From Clostridiales bacterium (GTDB lineage Bacteria > Bacillota > Clostridia > Oscillospirales > Oscillospiraceae), in contig JAJUHC010000009.1 of the NCBI GenBank assembly GCA_029268065.1, positions 4,934-68,933 of the forward strand: a stretch of 64,000 nt of DNA, in the 5' to 3' direction. Below the pieces are notes generated by a model. It saw only the letters and a program-made list of their open reading frames with translations, was not told the DNA's origin and did not search any database. Each line of letters starts with the position of its first letter. The first letter of the stretch is position 1. The position numbers and the translations under genes were made by a program. This document shows positions 29,766 to 38,621 of the stretch, piece after piece.

Positions 29766-29870
29766 TCTTCTCTCATCCGGACTATACCGTCGGCTTCGGA
29801 ATCACACCGAATCTGCGCAATGCGCTCGTGGGCTTTACCACCGGTAGGGAATTTCACCCTGCCCTGAAGA
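29766..29870 (-). promoter_or_regulatory. FMN riboswitch (RFN element) aptamer
   Basis: Minus strand reads TCTTCAGGGCAGGGTGAAATTCCCTACCGGTGGTAAAGCCCACGAGCG...GATTCGGTGTGATTCCGAAGCCGACGGTATAGTCCGGATGAGAGAAGA. This matches the conserved RFN core and sits upstream of ribD. Confidence 0.9.
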
Positions 29871-29889
29871 CCGATATTCATTTTTCTAG

Positions 29890-29918
29890 ATATTAACACG
29901 AAAAGTCTGATGTGTCAA
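29890..29918 (-). promoter_or_regulatory. rib operon promoter TTGACA-17-TAATAT
   Basis: Hexamers read on the minus strand, about 20 nt upstream of the aptamer. Confidence 0.55.
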
Positions 29919-29991
29919 CGGTGATTTTACCTTTTGCGAAATTCTTACCGCGGCTTTCGAACGCCTTCCCGCGTTCACCGCTCCGCGCCCT

Positions 29992-31434
29992 TCAGAAGGG
30001 GTATTTTCTGGTTTCGCTGTGTACGGTTATCCACTTTTTCTCCGTGAACTCATCCGTGGAGAACGCCCCTCCCTCGCGGCCGACTCCGCTGTTCTTGATT
30101 CCGCCGAACGGAGCAAGCTGGGTGCCCAGAACCGTGGATTCATTTATGTGCACCATTCCGGCCTCCATCTTCGGAGCCATTCGCATTGCGGTTCCGACGT
30201 TATTTGTGAGAATCGCGGAAGAAAGCCCGTAGCTGTTGTCGTTGCAGAGACGCAGAGCGTCGTTTGCGTCCTTTGCCCTGACGATGCTGGTCATCGGGCC
30301 GAAGCTCTCTTCATAAAAAACATCCATTTTGGGAGTAACGTCCGCAAGAATTGTAGGCTGGTAGAGAGCGCCCTCATGCGTTCCTCCCGTAAGCAGCCTC
30401 GCCCCTTTCGACACGGCATCCTTAATCTGCCTGTCGAGCACCAAGCACTGCTCCTCGCGGATCAGCGGACCTACAAAGACCTCGGGGTCCTTCGGGTCTC
30501 CAACCTTTATCGCCTTTACGACGGAGACGAGAGCTTCGCAGAAGTCGTCATAAATATCGGTCTCAACGATAATGCGGCTGGTGCACATGCAAATCTGGCC
30601 CTGATGGTAAAATGCGCCGTAGGCCGCTATCTTTGCGGCCTTTTCGACCTCAAAGTCCTTCAGCACAATAAGCGGATTCTTCCCGCCCATTTCCAGCGTG
30701 TATTTCTTAAATTTTGCGGCAGCCTTTGACGCTATCCTGCGCCCTACATCCGTAGAGCCGGTAAAAGCTACCATTCTGACTCTATCATCCTCGGTCAGAG
30801 CGTCCCCGACTAGGGAACCCGGCCCCGGAACGCAGCTGAACACCCCTTTTGGGAGTCCCGCGGCCTCAAGGCACTGCGCGATAATGATGCCGGAAACGGG
30901 TGTGTCGGAGGAGGGCTTCAGCACGAAGGTGTTTCCTGCGGCGAGCGCGAAGGCCAGCTTATTGAGCGCCAGAATAATTGGGCAATTGAACGGGGCGATA
31001 CCGGCGACGACGCCGAGCGGCTGCCTGATAAACGCCGAAAACATTCCCGGAGCCTCAGGATTCAGAACCTCCCCGTTTACCCTGCGGCATTCTCCCGCCG
31101 CGACACGGAAGATACTCGCGCCTCCGAACATCTCGCCCATTGCTTTCGTGAATACCGATCCGCTTTCCGCGATCAGCAGCTCGGCATATTCCTTCGCATG
31201 GGCTTCCATGTAGTCGCCGGCCTTAAGCAGTATACGCTCCCTCTCGACAGCAGAGGTCTCAGCCCATGCTTCACGCGCGGCGTAAGCAGAAGCTATCGCG
31301 GCTTCTACTTCGATTGGACCTGCCGTATGTACCTTTGCGAAAACGCTGCCGTCGGCGGGATTTATGTCGTCAACAATCTTGCCGCTCGAGGTCGGTACCC
31401 ACTCTCCGCCTATGAAAAGCTTATACTCTCTCAT
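29992..31434 (-). CDS. NAD(P)-dependent aldehyde dehydrogenase
   Basis: 480 aa. LEMGGKNP and GQICMCTSR catalytic motifs. Confidence 0.9.
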   Translation of the reverse strand: MREYKLFIGGEWVPTSSGKIVDDINPADGSVFAKVHTAGPIEVEAAIASAYAAREAWAETSAVERERILLKAGDYMEAHAKEYAELLIAESGSVFTKAMGEMFGGASIFRVAAGECRRVNGEVLNPEAPGMFSAFIRQPLGVVAGIAPFNCPIILALNKLAFALAAGNTFVLKPSSDTPVSGIIIAQCLEAAGLPKGVFSCVPGPGSLVGDALTEDDRVRMVAFTGSTDVGRRIASKAAAKFKKYTLEMGGKNPLIVLKDFEVEKAAKIAAYGAFYHQGQICMCTSRIIVETDIYDDFCEALVSVVKAIKVGDPKDPEVFVGPLIREEQCLVLDRQIKDAVSKGARLLTGGTHEGALYQPTILADVTPKMDVFYEESFGPMTSIVRAKDANDALRLCNDNSYGLSSAILTNNVGTAMRMAPKMEAGMVHINESTVLGTQLAPFGGIKNSGVGREGGAFSTDEFTEKKWITVHSETRKYPF

Positions 31435-31465
31435 TTCCCAGGTTCCTTTCTTGTATTATTGGATT

Positions 31466-31493
31466 AATATCCGCTTTGCGGATATTATACCAT
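31466..31493. repeat. 28-bp direct repeat, copy 1 (AATATCCGCTTTGCGGATATTATACCAT)
   Basis: Exact second copy at 31610-31637. Contains a 9-bp-stem hairpin. The minus strand reads TGGTATAAT. Confidence 0.85.
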
Positions 31494-31609
31494 GAATTTT
31501 TCAAATTCATGGTATGCTGCCGTGTTTTGCGGTTCCGGTCCGAAGAACCCGGGAGCAAAACGGCTTTGTTTTGAGCGCGCGCCCTCGGAGAGGGCGCATG
31601 CGCGGGTAT

Positions 31610-31637
31610 AATATCCGCTTTGCGGATATTATACCAT
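31610..31637. repeat. 28-bp direct repeat, copy 2
   Basis: Identical to 31466-31493. Confidence 0.85.
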
Positions 31638-31740
31638 AAAAAGGTATTGAATTGCTACAATTTTTTGAATAAAACAACAAAACCCGCCCTCAACGGCAGG
31701 TTTTGTTTATTATTTTTTCTCTGACTTCGCGGCGGATGAA

Positions 31741-32811
31741 TTACTTGTCCTTGTTTTTCGCAAAGCGCCTTGCCTGCTTCATTTCACCCATTCCACCGAA
31801 CATATTCTTGATTTTTTCGCGTTCAAGCTCGCGCGAATTCAATCCTTCGTAATTAATTTCCTTTCTGAGCTTGTTGTAGCTCTCAAGGCGCGCTTCCGAA
31901 AGCTCCCCGGCTTCTATGGCTTTTTTCACGGCGCAGCCGGGCTCGGAATGGTGTGAGCAGTCCCTGTACCGGCAGAGAAGAGCAAGCTCCTCGATATCCT
32001 CGAAGGCTTTGGGCAGGTTCCCCGAATCGAGCTGAAGCTCCCGCATCCCCGGGGTGTCAATTACTATACCGCCGTTTGGAAGCAAAATGAGCTGACGGTG
32101 CGTCGTGGTATGTCTCCCCCTGTCATCGTCTCTTATCTCTTTCGTCGCAAGCAGGTCCCTGCCCATGAGTCTGTTGATGAGAGTTGACTTGCCGACGCCC
32201 GAGGAACCAATAAAGGCTATGGTTTTCCCGTACGATATACGCTTCAGCACGTCATCATACCCTATTCCGGTCATGCTTGAACAAACGACAGTGTCGGCGC
32301 CCATTCCGACAGCCCTTACTTCGTTCAGCCTGGCTTCGGTTTCGGCGCACAGGTCCGCCTTTGTCAGTATTATCACAGGCTCAGCCATGCTGTCCCATGC
32401 TATTGAGAGATACCGCTCCAGACGGCGCAGGTTGAAATCGTTGTTCAGTGACATGCAGATGAAAACGGTGTCTATATTTGCGGCCACTATCTGCAAGGCG
32501 TTCGAAGTACCGGCGGCTTTGCGCTCGAACGCGCTTTTGCGCCTCAGCAGATGATGAATTACCGCATTGCCGTCACTCGAATCGGTCCTGTCAATCATCA
32601 CCCAGTCTCCCACTGCCGGAAAATCGGTAATATCCTTTGCCGAAAACGCAAATTTTCCAGATACTGAAGCCGATACTTCGCCGTTTTCGCTGACTGCTTT
32701 ATATATTTCGCGGTGTTGCTCGCTTATTCTCGCGGGGTAAAGCCCCTCGTAAAGCGAGGCCTCCTGCTCGAAGCGTTCGCAAAAGCCGTATTTTTTCAGA
32801 TTGTAATACAT
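31741..32811 (-). CDS. rsgA: ribosome small-subunit-dependent GTPase A
   Basis: Start taken at ATG 32811 behind GGAGGA. GSSGVGKSTLIN P-loop. C-terminal zinc motif CRYRDCSHHSEPGC. Confidence 0.85.
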   Translation of the reverse strand: MYYNLKKYGFCERFEQEASLYEGLYPARISEQHREIYKAVSENGEVSASVSGKFAFSAKDITDFPAVGDWVMIDRTDSSDGNAVIHHLLRRKSAFERKAAGTSNALQIVAANIDTVFICMSLNNDFNLRRLERYLSIAWDSMAEPVIILTKADLCAETEARLNEVRAVGMGADTVVCSSMTGIGYDDVLKRISYGKTIAFIGSSGVGKSTLINRLMGRDLLATKEIRDDDRGRHTTTHRQLILLPNGGIVIDTPGMRELQLDSGNLPKAFEDIEELALLCRYRDCSHHSEPGCAVKKAIEAGELSEARLESYNKLRKEINYEGLNSRELEREKIKNMFGGMGEMKQARRFAKNKDK

Positions 32812-32948
32812 TTTATCCTCCAAAAATATAAAATCATGTTTTGGAGGGCAAGGTTTCAGTAGTTTTCTTTTCCCTCCTTTATGAATGAGCCTGCTGCAAT
32901 CTCCATGCGCGCCATACGCTTATCCCCTTTCATAAAATATCGTTGTCA

Positions 32949-34565
32949 TTATACAGCAAAATCAAAAATAAAAAAAGCGCCAAAAGGCGCTTTTTGGTGG
33001 GCCATTGCATCACAAATCCGAACCATTTCGGGGCCGTCGTCCGGCTCCTCTGAGCTCTCGAGCATTTCAATATAGGATATTTGCTCGCCGTCTTTAATAT
33101 TAAAATACATTACGACCTTATCGTCGTATAAATAGATAGCGTTTATAAATACGTCGATGATCCGGCGGCGGAAATCCATATCGAAAAGATCACCCTTGCA
33201 AAATTGCCTCAACCATGCTTTGAGCTCGGACTCTGTTATCTTTGCATTACTCGCTATTCTTAGCCTTGCGAGGTCGATTTCGATATCGGCCTTTTGTAGC
33301 TCGAGCGCCGAAAGTTTTTCGTTAATCCTATCAAGTGCTATTTTGGAGGAGGTCTTTATAAGTGCGTCGACGGTTTCGTTAATATCCCGATCGATCTTTG
33401 ATAAACGGCGCTCGAGCTCCCGGACGGCGTCGTCGTTAAATTCCTTATTATACTCCTCGACAACACGCTCGGAGATAAGGTCTATCCGCTCCGGCGTCAA
33501 AACATATTCGACGACTTGCTCGGTAATGTACCACTCGAGAAAATCCTTTTTTTCGTTTTTCTTGTGGCATGTGTGAGCCTTTTTGCGGGCCGCGCAAGCA
33601 TAATAATGATACCCGGTTTTGTTTCGACCTTGACCGCTTTCTCCCACCATTGGAGAACCACAATACCCGCAGAATATTTTACCTTGTAAGAGGTATTCGA
33701 CGAGTGCCTTATTATGTCCCGGGGCTCGTTTCGTGGCTTTCGATTTTCTCTCGCATTTATCGAATAACTCTTTGTCTATAAGAGCGGGGCAACCGTCCTC
33801 GACCTCGATTATTCCGTCGTCCTCACTGTTATAATGAAAAACGCCGATATATTTCTTATTACCCAAAATACGAAAAAAAGAGTTTAGATTAAATAAATTC
33901 CCCTGCTTTGTACGGTAGCCGCGGGCGTTAAGCTCGGCGGCTATTTCTTTTTTCCCGACTCCATCGGCGTATTGCTCAAAGACATAGCGGACGATCGGCG
34001 CGGTCTCCTCGTCAATAACAAGCTTTTTCCCCTCGAGCTTATACCCGAGCGGTATTGTCCCGCCGGTGCTATTTGCTTTTAATGCGCTCTCTTTGAGGCC
34101 GCGGCGGACATTACTTGATAATTGCCGCGAGTAGGTCTCCGCCATAGCCTCGAGGACGGCCTCGAGAATAATACTCTCGTCACCCTCGCCGACGCTCTCA
34201 GTCACCGACAAAACCCTTACACCGAATTTCTTTAGCTCGTTTTTATAAATCGCCGAGTCATAACGATTTCGAGCGAAACGGTCGAGTTTCCAGACAAGGA
34301 CATAAACAAATTGCTTTTTGCGGGAGTCTTTTATCAATCTCAAAAACTCGGGCCGGGTCTCCGCCTTAGTGCCGGAAAGGGCCCGGTCGATATATTCGCC
34401 GACGATCCTAAATCCTCGCCGCTCGGCATACTCATAACAATACCGTAATTGTCCCTCTATGCTTTGCTCTGTCTGTCCATGCGAGGAATACCGGGCATAT
34501 ATAACAACGTCCGCGACCTCGTCAGTGATCGCGGCAGCGCTTGCACTTGAAAATTTAGAGCCCAT
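32949..34565 (-). CDS. large serine recombinase (prophage integrase)
   Basis: 538 aa. N-terminal resolvase catalytic domain (VIYARYSSHGQ) plus a large C-terminal recombinase/zinc/coiled-coil region. Confidence 0.9.
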   Translation of the reverse strand: MGSKFSSASAAAITDEVADVVIYARYSSHGQTEQSIEGQLRYCYEYAERRGFRIVGEYIDRALSGTKAETRPEFLRLIKDSRKKQFVYVLVWKLDRFARNRYDSAIYKNELKKFGVRVLSVTESVGEGDESIILEAVLEAMAETYSRQLSSNVRRGLKESALKANSTGGTIPLGYKLEGKKLVIDEETAPIVRYVFEQYADGVGKKEIAAELNARGYRTKQGNLFNLNSFFRILGNKKYIGVFHYNSEDDGIIEVEDGCPALIDKELFDKCERKSKATKRAPGHNKALVEYLLQGKIFCGYCGSPMVGESGQGRNKTGYHYYACAARKKAHTCHKKNEKKDFLEWYITEQVVEYVLTPERIDLISERVVEEYNKEFNDDAVRELERRLSKIDRDINETVDALIKTSSKIALDRINEKLSALELQKADIEIDLARLRIASNAKITESELKAWLRQFCKGDLFDMDFRRRIIDVFINAIYLYDDKVVMYFNIKDGEQISYIEMLESSEEPDDGPEMVRICDAMAHQKAPFGAFFIFDFAV

Positions 34566-34585
34566 TTATTGAAACGCCCTCCTCC

Positions 34586-34756
34586 CTATTTTATACCGAA
34601 CATTTTCAAAACCGAGGAGCCGACCTTGCGCTCGAGCCCTGCTTTAGAGGCCGGTATACCCGTCGAGCGGGAGATTTGACGTTTTGCTTTTGAAACGCCG
34701 AGCGCCCGTTTCCATGAAAAAGACATTCCCGGGATTTTCAAGCCTTTTTTAGCCAT
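34586..34756 (-). CDS. small basic protein (56 aa), below the ORF-track size cutoff
   Basis: AAGGGGTG RBS and ATG at 34756. Translates MAKKGLKIPGMSFSWKRALGVSKAKRQISRSTGIPASKAGLERKVGSSVLKMFGIK. Packed between the HIRAN-like gene and the integrase. Confidence 0.4.
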   Translation of the reverse strand: MAKKGLKIPGMSFSWKRALGVSKAKRQISRSTGIPASKAGLERKVGSSVLKMFGIK

Positions 34757-34767
34757 ATCAACACCCC

Positions 34768-35133
34768 TTAAGACTCGTATATTTTTATCCTCATGGAGCA
34801 GGAATAGCCTTGATCCTCGCTTTTAGATATATTCTCAACCGTAACGGAGGCTCGATTTTTTGCATATTTGCCGCGTAAGTCTTTAAGTAAAGCGCTATTC
34901 AAAAAGCCGATTTGCTTTCCTTTCGAGGTAAAAACGCCGATCGTATCGGGATACTCTTTTGACGGGGCGGGCTTAAAGAGCAGATCGTCGCCCGGTTTCA
35001 AGGTCTTAATTATGGCTTGGCGGCTTGATCCGTCCTCATTATTAAACCGAACGCCCCAAACGCTTTGAATAAATTCATCTACGACAACGGGAGCGCCGCC
35101 GAGTTTTCCTTTTATAAGATCACGAATTGACAT
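34768..35133 (-). CDS. HIRAN-domain-like protein
   Basis: 121 aa. VWGVRF...SRQAIIKTLKPGDDLLFKPAPSKEYPDTIGVFTSKGKQIGFLNSALLKDL fits the HIRAN pattern recalled from memory. Confidence 0.5.
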   Translation of the reverse strand: MSIRDLIKGKLGGAPVVVDEFIQSVWGVRFNNEDGSSRQAIIKTLKPGDDLLFKPAPSKEYPDTIGVFTSKGKQIGFLNSALLKDLRGKYAKNRASVTVENISKSEDQGYSCSMRIKIYES

Positions 35134-35214
35134 TCCAAAGCCTCCTTATAACGACCGTTCATGTGTAATAAACCGTAAATATGTAAACTATGCCGTTCCG
35201 CACAAGCGGGACGG

Positions 35215-35625
35215 TTATTTTTGTTTTATAGGAGTCTGGATTGTAGAACCCGCCTTGACGGTGTTCTTTATATCCTGGGGGATATTCGTAACACCCGAAT
35301 ATTTGCCCGTTTCTTTAAGGTCTTGAATATAAGAAAGAACTTTTGCCTTTCCTTCTTCATTTAACGACTCAGAAGCGACCGAAATTTCGGATTGCTCGGC
35401 GTGAGATGAACGATCGGAACCAAAGATAATATAATCGGCGGAAACCCCGAGGGCTTGTGAGATTTTTATAATGCTCGAGATTTGGGGGTCTTTTGTCTCG
35501 CTACCGAGTATCTTACTCAGAGTACCGCGGGAGACGCCCGAAAGCTCGGAAAGAGTATCGTTTGTAAGCCCTTTTTGTTTCTTTACTTCCTTAATTCTAT
35601 CTATCATAGCGGTTAAATCGTACAT
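35215..35625 (-). CDS. XRE-family HTH repressor (cI-like)
   Basis: ATG at 35625 behind AGGAGG. 136 aa. HTH segment LTNDTLSELSGVSRGTLSKI. No S24 peptidase domain seen. Confidence 0.8.
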   Translation of the reverse strand: MYDLTAMIDRIKEVKKQKGLTNDTLSELSGVSRGTLSKILGSETKDPQISSIIKISQALGVSADYIIFGSDRSSHAEQSEISVASESLNEEGKAKVLSYIQDLKETGKYSGVTNIPQDIKNTVKAGSTIQTPIKQK

Positions 35626-35649
35626 AACGGCGCCTCCTGTTTTTTGTCT

Positions 35650-35679
35650 CATTATAAGCCTAATATTTGCCATGTGTCA
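35650..35679 (-). promoter_or_regulatory. repressor promoter TTGACA-18-TATAAT
   Basis: Read on the minus strand, upstream of the cI-like gene. Confidence 0.5.
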
Positions 35680-35688
35680 ATAAAATAT

Positions 35689-35775
35689 TACCGTTATCGG
35701 TACTATTTTTCGTAAACGGTCTTGACAAATACCGTTTACGGGTCTATTATTGTCGTAATAGCACCGAATACGGTA
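35689..35775. promoter_or_regulatory. operator array: four ACCG-N4-CGGT-type palindromes
   Basis: ACCGTTATCGGT (35690-35701), TTCGTAAACGGT (35709-35720), ACCGTTTACGGG (35731-35742) and ACCGAATACGGT (35763-35774). Confidence 0.55.
35722..35750 (+). promoter_or_regulatory. early rightward promoter TTGACA-17-TATTAT
   Basis: The -35 is flanked by the inverted pair CGTAAACGGT/ACCGTTTACG. Confidence 0.5.
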
Positions 35776-35803
35776 CTAAGAGCGGAAAAGGAGGGTAAAA
35801 AAT

Positions 35804-36019
35804 ATGCTTAATAATCTCAAGGCGGAATTAGTCCGAAAAGGGTTTGATCCCGTGCAAGCGGTCGTTTCCGCGCTCGATTGCACAGAAAAGACGGCGAGAA
35901 ACAAACTTAACGGCTCCTCGCCCGTAACGGTGCCGGAGGCGGTAAAGATCATCGAAAAGTATTTCGCCACCGAGAAATTAACAATCGAGTTTTTGTTTCA
36001 AGCTTATAAAACGGCATAG
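35804..36019 (+). CDS. Cro-like small regulator
   Basis: 71 aa, first rightward gene. HTH-like segment CTEKTARNKLNG. Confidence 0.45.
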   Translation: MLNNLKAELVRKGFDPVQAVVSALDCTEKTARNKLNGSSPVTVPEAVKIIEKYFATEKLTIEFLFQAYKTA

Positions 36020-36044
36020 GACGAGTCGAAAAGGAGGCAAAGAA

Positions 36045-36224
36045 ATGAAAGAAGTCAAAGAAATCCTCCTCGAGCAAATGGAATTACTCGCGGAGGCGTC
36101 AAAGGGAAAAGGACTCGCAGCGCGTGAGCTCTGCGACCTAACCGGGGCAATGGTGGCGATCGTGGAGACATTAAAAACCCCGATCGCCTCAAGCGCCCCG
36201 GGAGCAGGAGAAAAAGAAGAATAA
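36045..36224 (+). CDS. hypothetical protein (59 aa), below the ORF-track cutoff
   Basis: AAGGAGG RBS at 36031-36037 and an ATG. Translates MKEVKEILLEQMELLAEASKGKGLAARELCDLTGAMVAIVETLKTPIASSAPGAGEKEE. Confidence 0.4.
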   Translation: MKEVKEILLEQMELLAEASKGKGLAARELCDLTGAMVAIVETLKTPIASSAPGAGEKEE

Positions 36225-36273
36225 GGCCGGGTGACTCCCGCCTTATAAAACGAAAGGAGATTGCTATACCACC

Positions 36274-37341
36274 ATGAAAAACGTTATCGAGCGGATGGAA
36301 GAAAACCGAACGGCGGAAAAGATCGCCGCCTTTCATGTAAAGCAGCAGCAGGAATATGACTTTAAGGTCAGATACGCCGAGATTAGAGCGAGAGAATTTG
36401 CCCGCGAGTGTGACATTAGAGGGCTAAATTATCATGTTTCGATCGGCGGACTCGATAGCATTACGCTTTTTCTTTTTCTTAAAAGCCTACATATCGACGC
36501 GCCGGGAATATCGGCCTCTTACCTCGAGGACGTGAGCATACAGCGGGTACATAAGGCTCTCGGAATAGAAAGCGTACGCCCGCTCAAGGACAAAAACGGG
36601 AAACCATATACAAAGCCTAGGGTTTTACAGGAATTCGGGTTTCCGGTCTTATCAAAAGAGACCGCAGGAAAAATTGAACTCCTCCAAAACCCCACGGAGA
36701 AGAATAAAACCGTCCGCCATGCCATTATAACCGGCGAGACCGGGGAATATGGCGGCTATCGGACGGGAACTCGAATGAAGCTCTCGAATAAGTGGTTAGC
36801 GAAATTCGGCGGATACGAGAACGAGACGGAGGGCGTTAATTATGGGACGCCGGATTTCAAGGTCTCTTCGAAATGTTGCTACTACCTTAAAGAAAAGCCC
36901 TGCGACGATTGGGCGAGGGAGCATAATAGCGTCCCATATCTTGGCCTTATGGCCTCCGAACATGGGCGGCGCGAAAAATCTCTCATGATGAACGGGTGTA
37001 ACTACTTCGGGAAGTCGACCATACGATCGGCCCCGTTTGCTATTTTTTCACGGCAGGACATTTTACAGCTCGCTATTGACCTCAACGTCCCCGTCCCGGA
37101 GGTTTACGGCGAAATTGCCCGTAAGGACGACGGGACGCTCTACACCACAAAGGCGCAGCGGACGGGGTGCTCTATGTGCGGGTTTGGTATTCACCTTGAA
37201 AAACGGCCTCACCGTTTCGACCGCCTGAAAGAGCAAAACCCGAAAGAGTGGGAGTTTTGGATGTTCAAATGTTGCACGGACGAGAACGGAGAGCCGTTCG
37301 GATGGGCCCGAGTCCTCGATTATATCGGCGTCGGATATTAA
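36274..37341 (+). CDS. PAPS-reductase-family (PP-loop ATPase fold) protein
   Basis: 355 aa. SIGGLDS PP-loop-like motif. Cys cluster CSMCGF near the C-terminus. Confidence 0.75.
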   Translation: MKNVIERMEENRTAEKIAAFHVKQQQEYDFKVRYAEIRAREFARECDIRGLNYHVSIGGLDSITLFLFLKSLHIDAPGISASYLEDVSIQRVHKALGIESVRPLKDKNGKPYTKPRVLQEFGFPVLSKETAGKIELLQNPTEKNKTVRHAIITGETGEYGGYRTGTRMKLSNKWLAKFGGYENETEGVNYGTPDFKVSSKCCYYLKEKPCDDWAREHNSVPYLGLMASEHGRREKSLMMNGCNYFGKSTIRSAPFAIFSRQDILQLAIDLNVPVPEVYGEIARKDDGTLYTTKAQRTGCSMCGFGIHLEKRPHRFDRLKEQNPKEWEFWMFKCCTDENGEPFGWARVLDYIGVGY

Positions 37342-37353
37342 GGAGGCGGCAGT

Positions 37354-37680
37354 ATGAACGAGTATATTTGCCCGAATTGCAAGACGCGCTCCTATTCCTC
37401 GGCGACCTATGAGAACCTTAAAGACCCGGTTTGTGGAGAATGCGGAGCGATCGTCGTTCCCGCCTCGGAGCCCGAGGAGCGGGACGGCCTCAAGATCAAA
37501 TATAACGTTTTCAAGGTTGAAAACGGAGAGCCCGTTTTCGATTGTTTCGTACTCAGGCCGGACAGAGACCCCGCCGCCCGAGCCGCCCTCAGAGCATACG
37601 CCGCAGCGACACAGAACGCCGATCTCGCCGCCGACCTCCTCGCATGGGCGGAAAGGCTCGAGCAGGAGGCCGCGAAATGA
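37354..37680 (+). CDS. zinc-ribbon hypothetical protein
   Basis: 108 aa. CPNC...CGEC motif at the N-terminus. Confidence 0.5.
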   Translation: MNEYICPNCKTRSYSSATYENLKDPVCGECGAIVVPASEPEERDGLKIKYNVFKVENGEPVFDCFVLRPDRDPAARAALRAYAAATQNADLAADLLAWAERLEQEAAK

Positions 37681-37892
37681 GCATAAATAAAGGGACAAAG
37701 GTAAGGCTCACTCGGGAAAAATGCGCTATGTCTCCCCCGGCTCGTGCCGGTGATATTTGCATCGTTCAAGTTATCGAGGGTTTCGGGTGCTATATCCTAC
37801 GCGGCCCGATTGAAAACCCGGAGACTGAAAATAGGCTTTTCGCAGCTACCGAGGGAGAATTTCAAGAAGTCAAAACGGAGGCGGCGGAATGA
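37677..37892 (+). CDS. hypothetical protein (71 aa)
   Basis: ATGA overlaps with both neighbours. Internal start of the longer track ORF. Confidence 0.45.
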   Translation: MSINKGTKVRLTREKCAMSPPARAGDICIVQVIEGFGCYILRGPIENPETENRLFAATEGEFQEVKTEAAE

Positions 37893-38599
37893 ACACAACA
37901 AAAATCGAATGGTGCGACAAAACGCTTAATCCCGTCGTCGGGTGCTCTTTCGGGTGCGAATACTGTTACGCCCGGAGACTCAATACCCGGTTTAAGTACA
38001 TACCCGATTTTTCAAGGCCGCAGTTTTTCCCGGAGAGACTCGAGGATTTGAGCAAGGACAAGCCCTCAAGCATTTTTATAACCTCCATGAGCGACCCGGC
38101 GGATTGGCGGCAGGAATGGGCGGACGTCGTTTTTAAAGCGATCTCTAACTATCCGCAGCATAGATATTTATTTCTATCAAAACGCCCGGAAAGGTATTCG
38201 GAACTATTCCCGATTTGGAGGACGCAAAACCCCGCATTACATAGCGTTTGGTGGGGAACGTCCATAACAGAGCAAAGAGACCTCGAGCGGGTCGGATATC
38301 TACCCCTCGAATTTCACCGCTTTATAAGCATTGAGCCCATTCTCGGGCCGATCGATCTACAAAGCCGCCCGTATCGCTCCGCCGTTCCGTTTGTGGATTG
38401 GGTAATAATTGGGGCCGAAACGGGAAACCGCCGCGGGAAAGTCACTCCCCGCCGCGAATGGGTGGAGGAAATCGTCAAATGTTGCGACAGCCTCGAAATC
38501 CCGGTTTTTATGAAAGACTCTCTCCTCCCGATCGTGGGAGAACGGGACATAAGGCGGAATTTCCCGCCGGAGCTTCAGCCGCGCCGCCGCGGTTTATAA
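37889..38599 (+). CDS. phage Gp37/Gp68 (DUF5131) family protein
   Basis: 236 aa. The N-terminus TKIEWCDKTLNPVVGCSFGCEYCYA is typical of this family and contains C-X3-C-X2-C. Confidence 0.8.
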   Translation: MNTTKIEWCDKTLNPVVGCSFGCEYCYARRLNTRFKYIPDFSRPQFFPERLEDLSKDKPSSIFITSMSDPADWRQEWADVVFKAISNYPQHRYLFLSKRPERYSELFPIWRTQNPALHSVWWGTSITEQRDLERVGYLPLEFHRFISIEPILGPIDLQSRPYRSAVPFVDWVIIGAETGNRRGKVTPRREWVEEIVKCCDSLEIPVFMKDSLLPIVGERDIRRNFPPELQPRRRGL

Positions 38600-38621
38600 A
38601 ACGAAAGGAGATTGCTATACC

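Noticed and set aside
32949-34565. Serine recombinase as part of a transposon or integrative conjugative element
   Set aside because: It is directly followed by a repressor/cro switch and a complete virion and lysis gene set. No conjugation, relaxase or transposase genes are present, so prophage integrase is the simplest reading.
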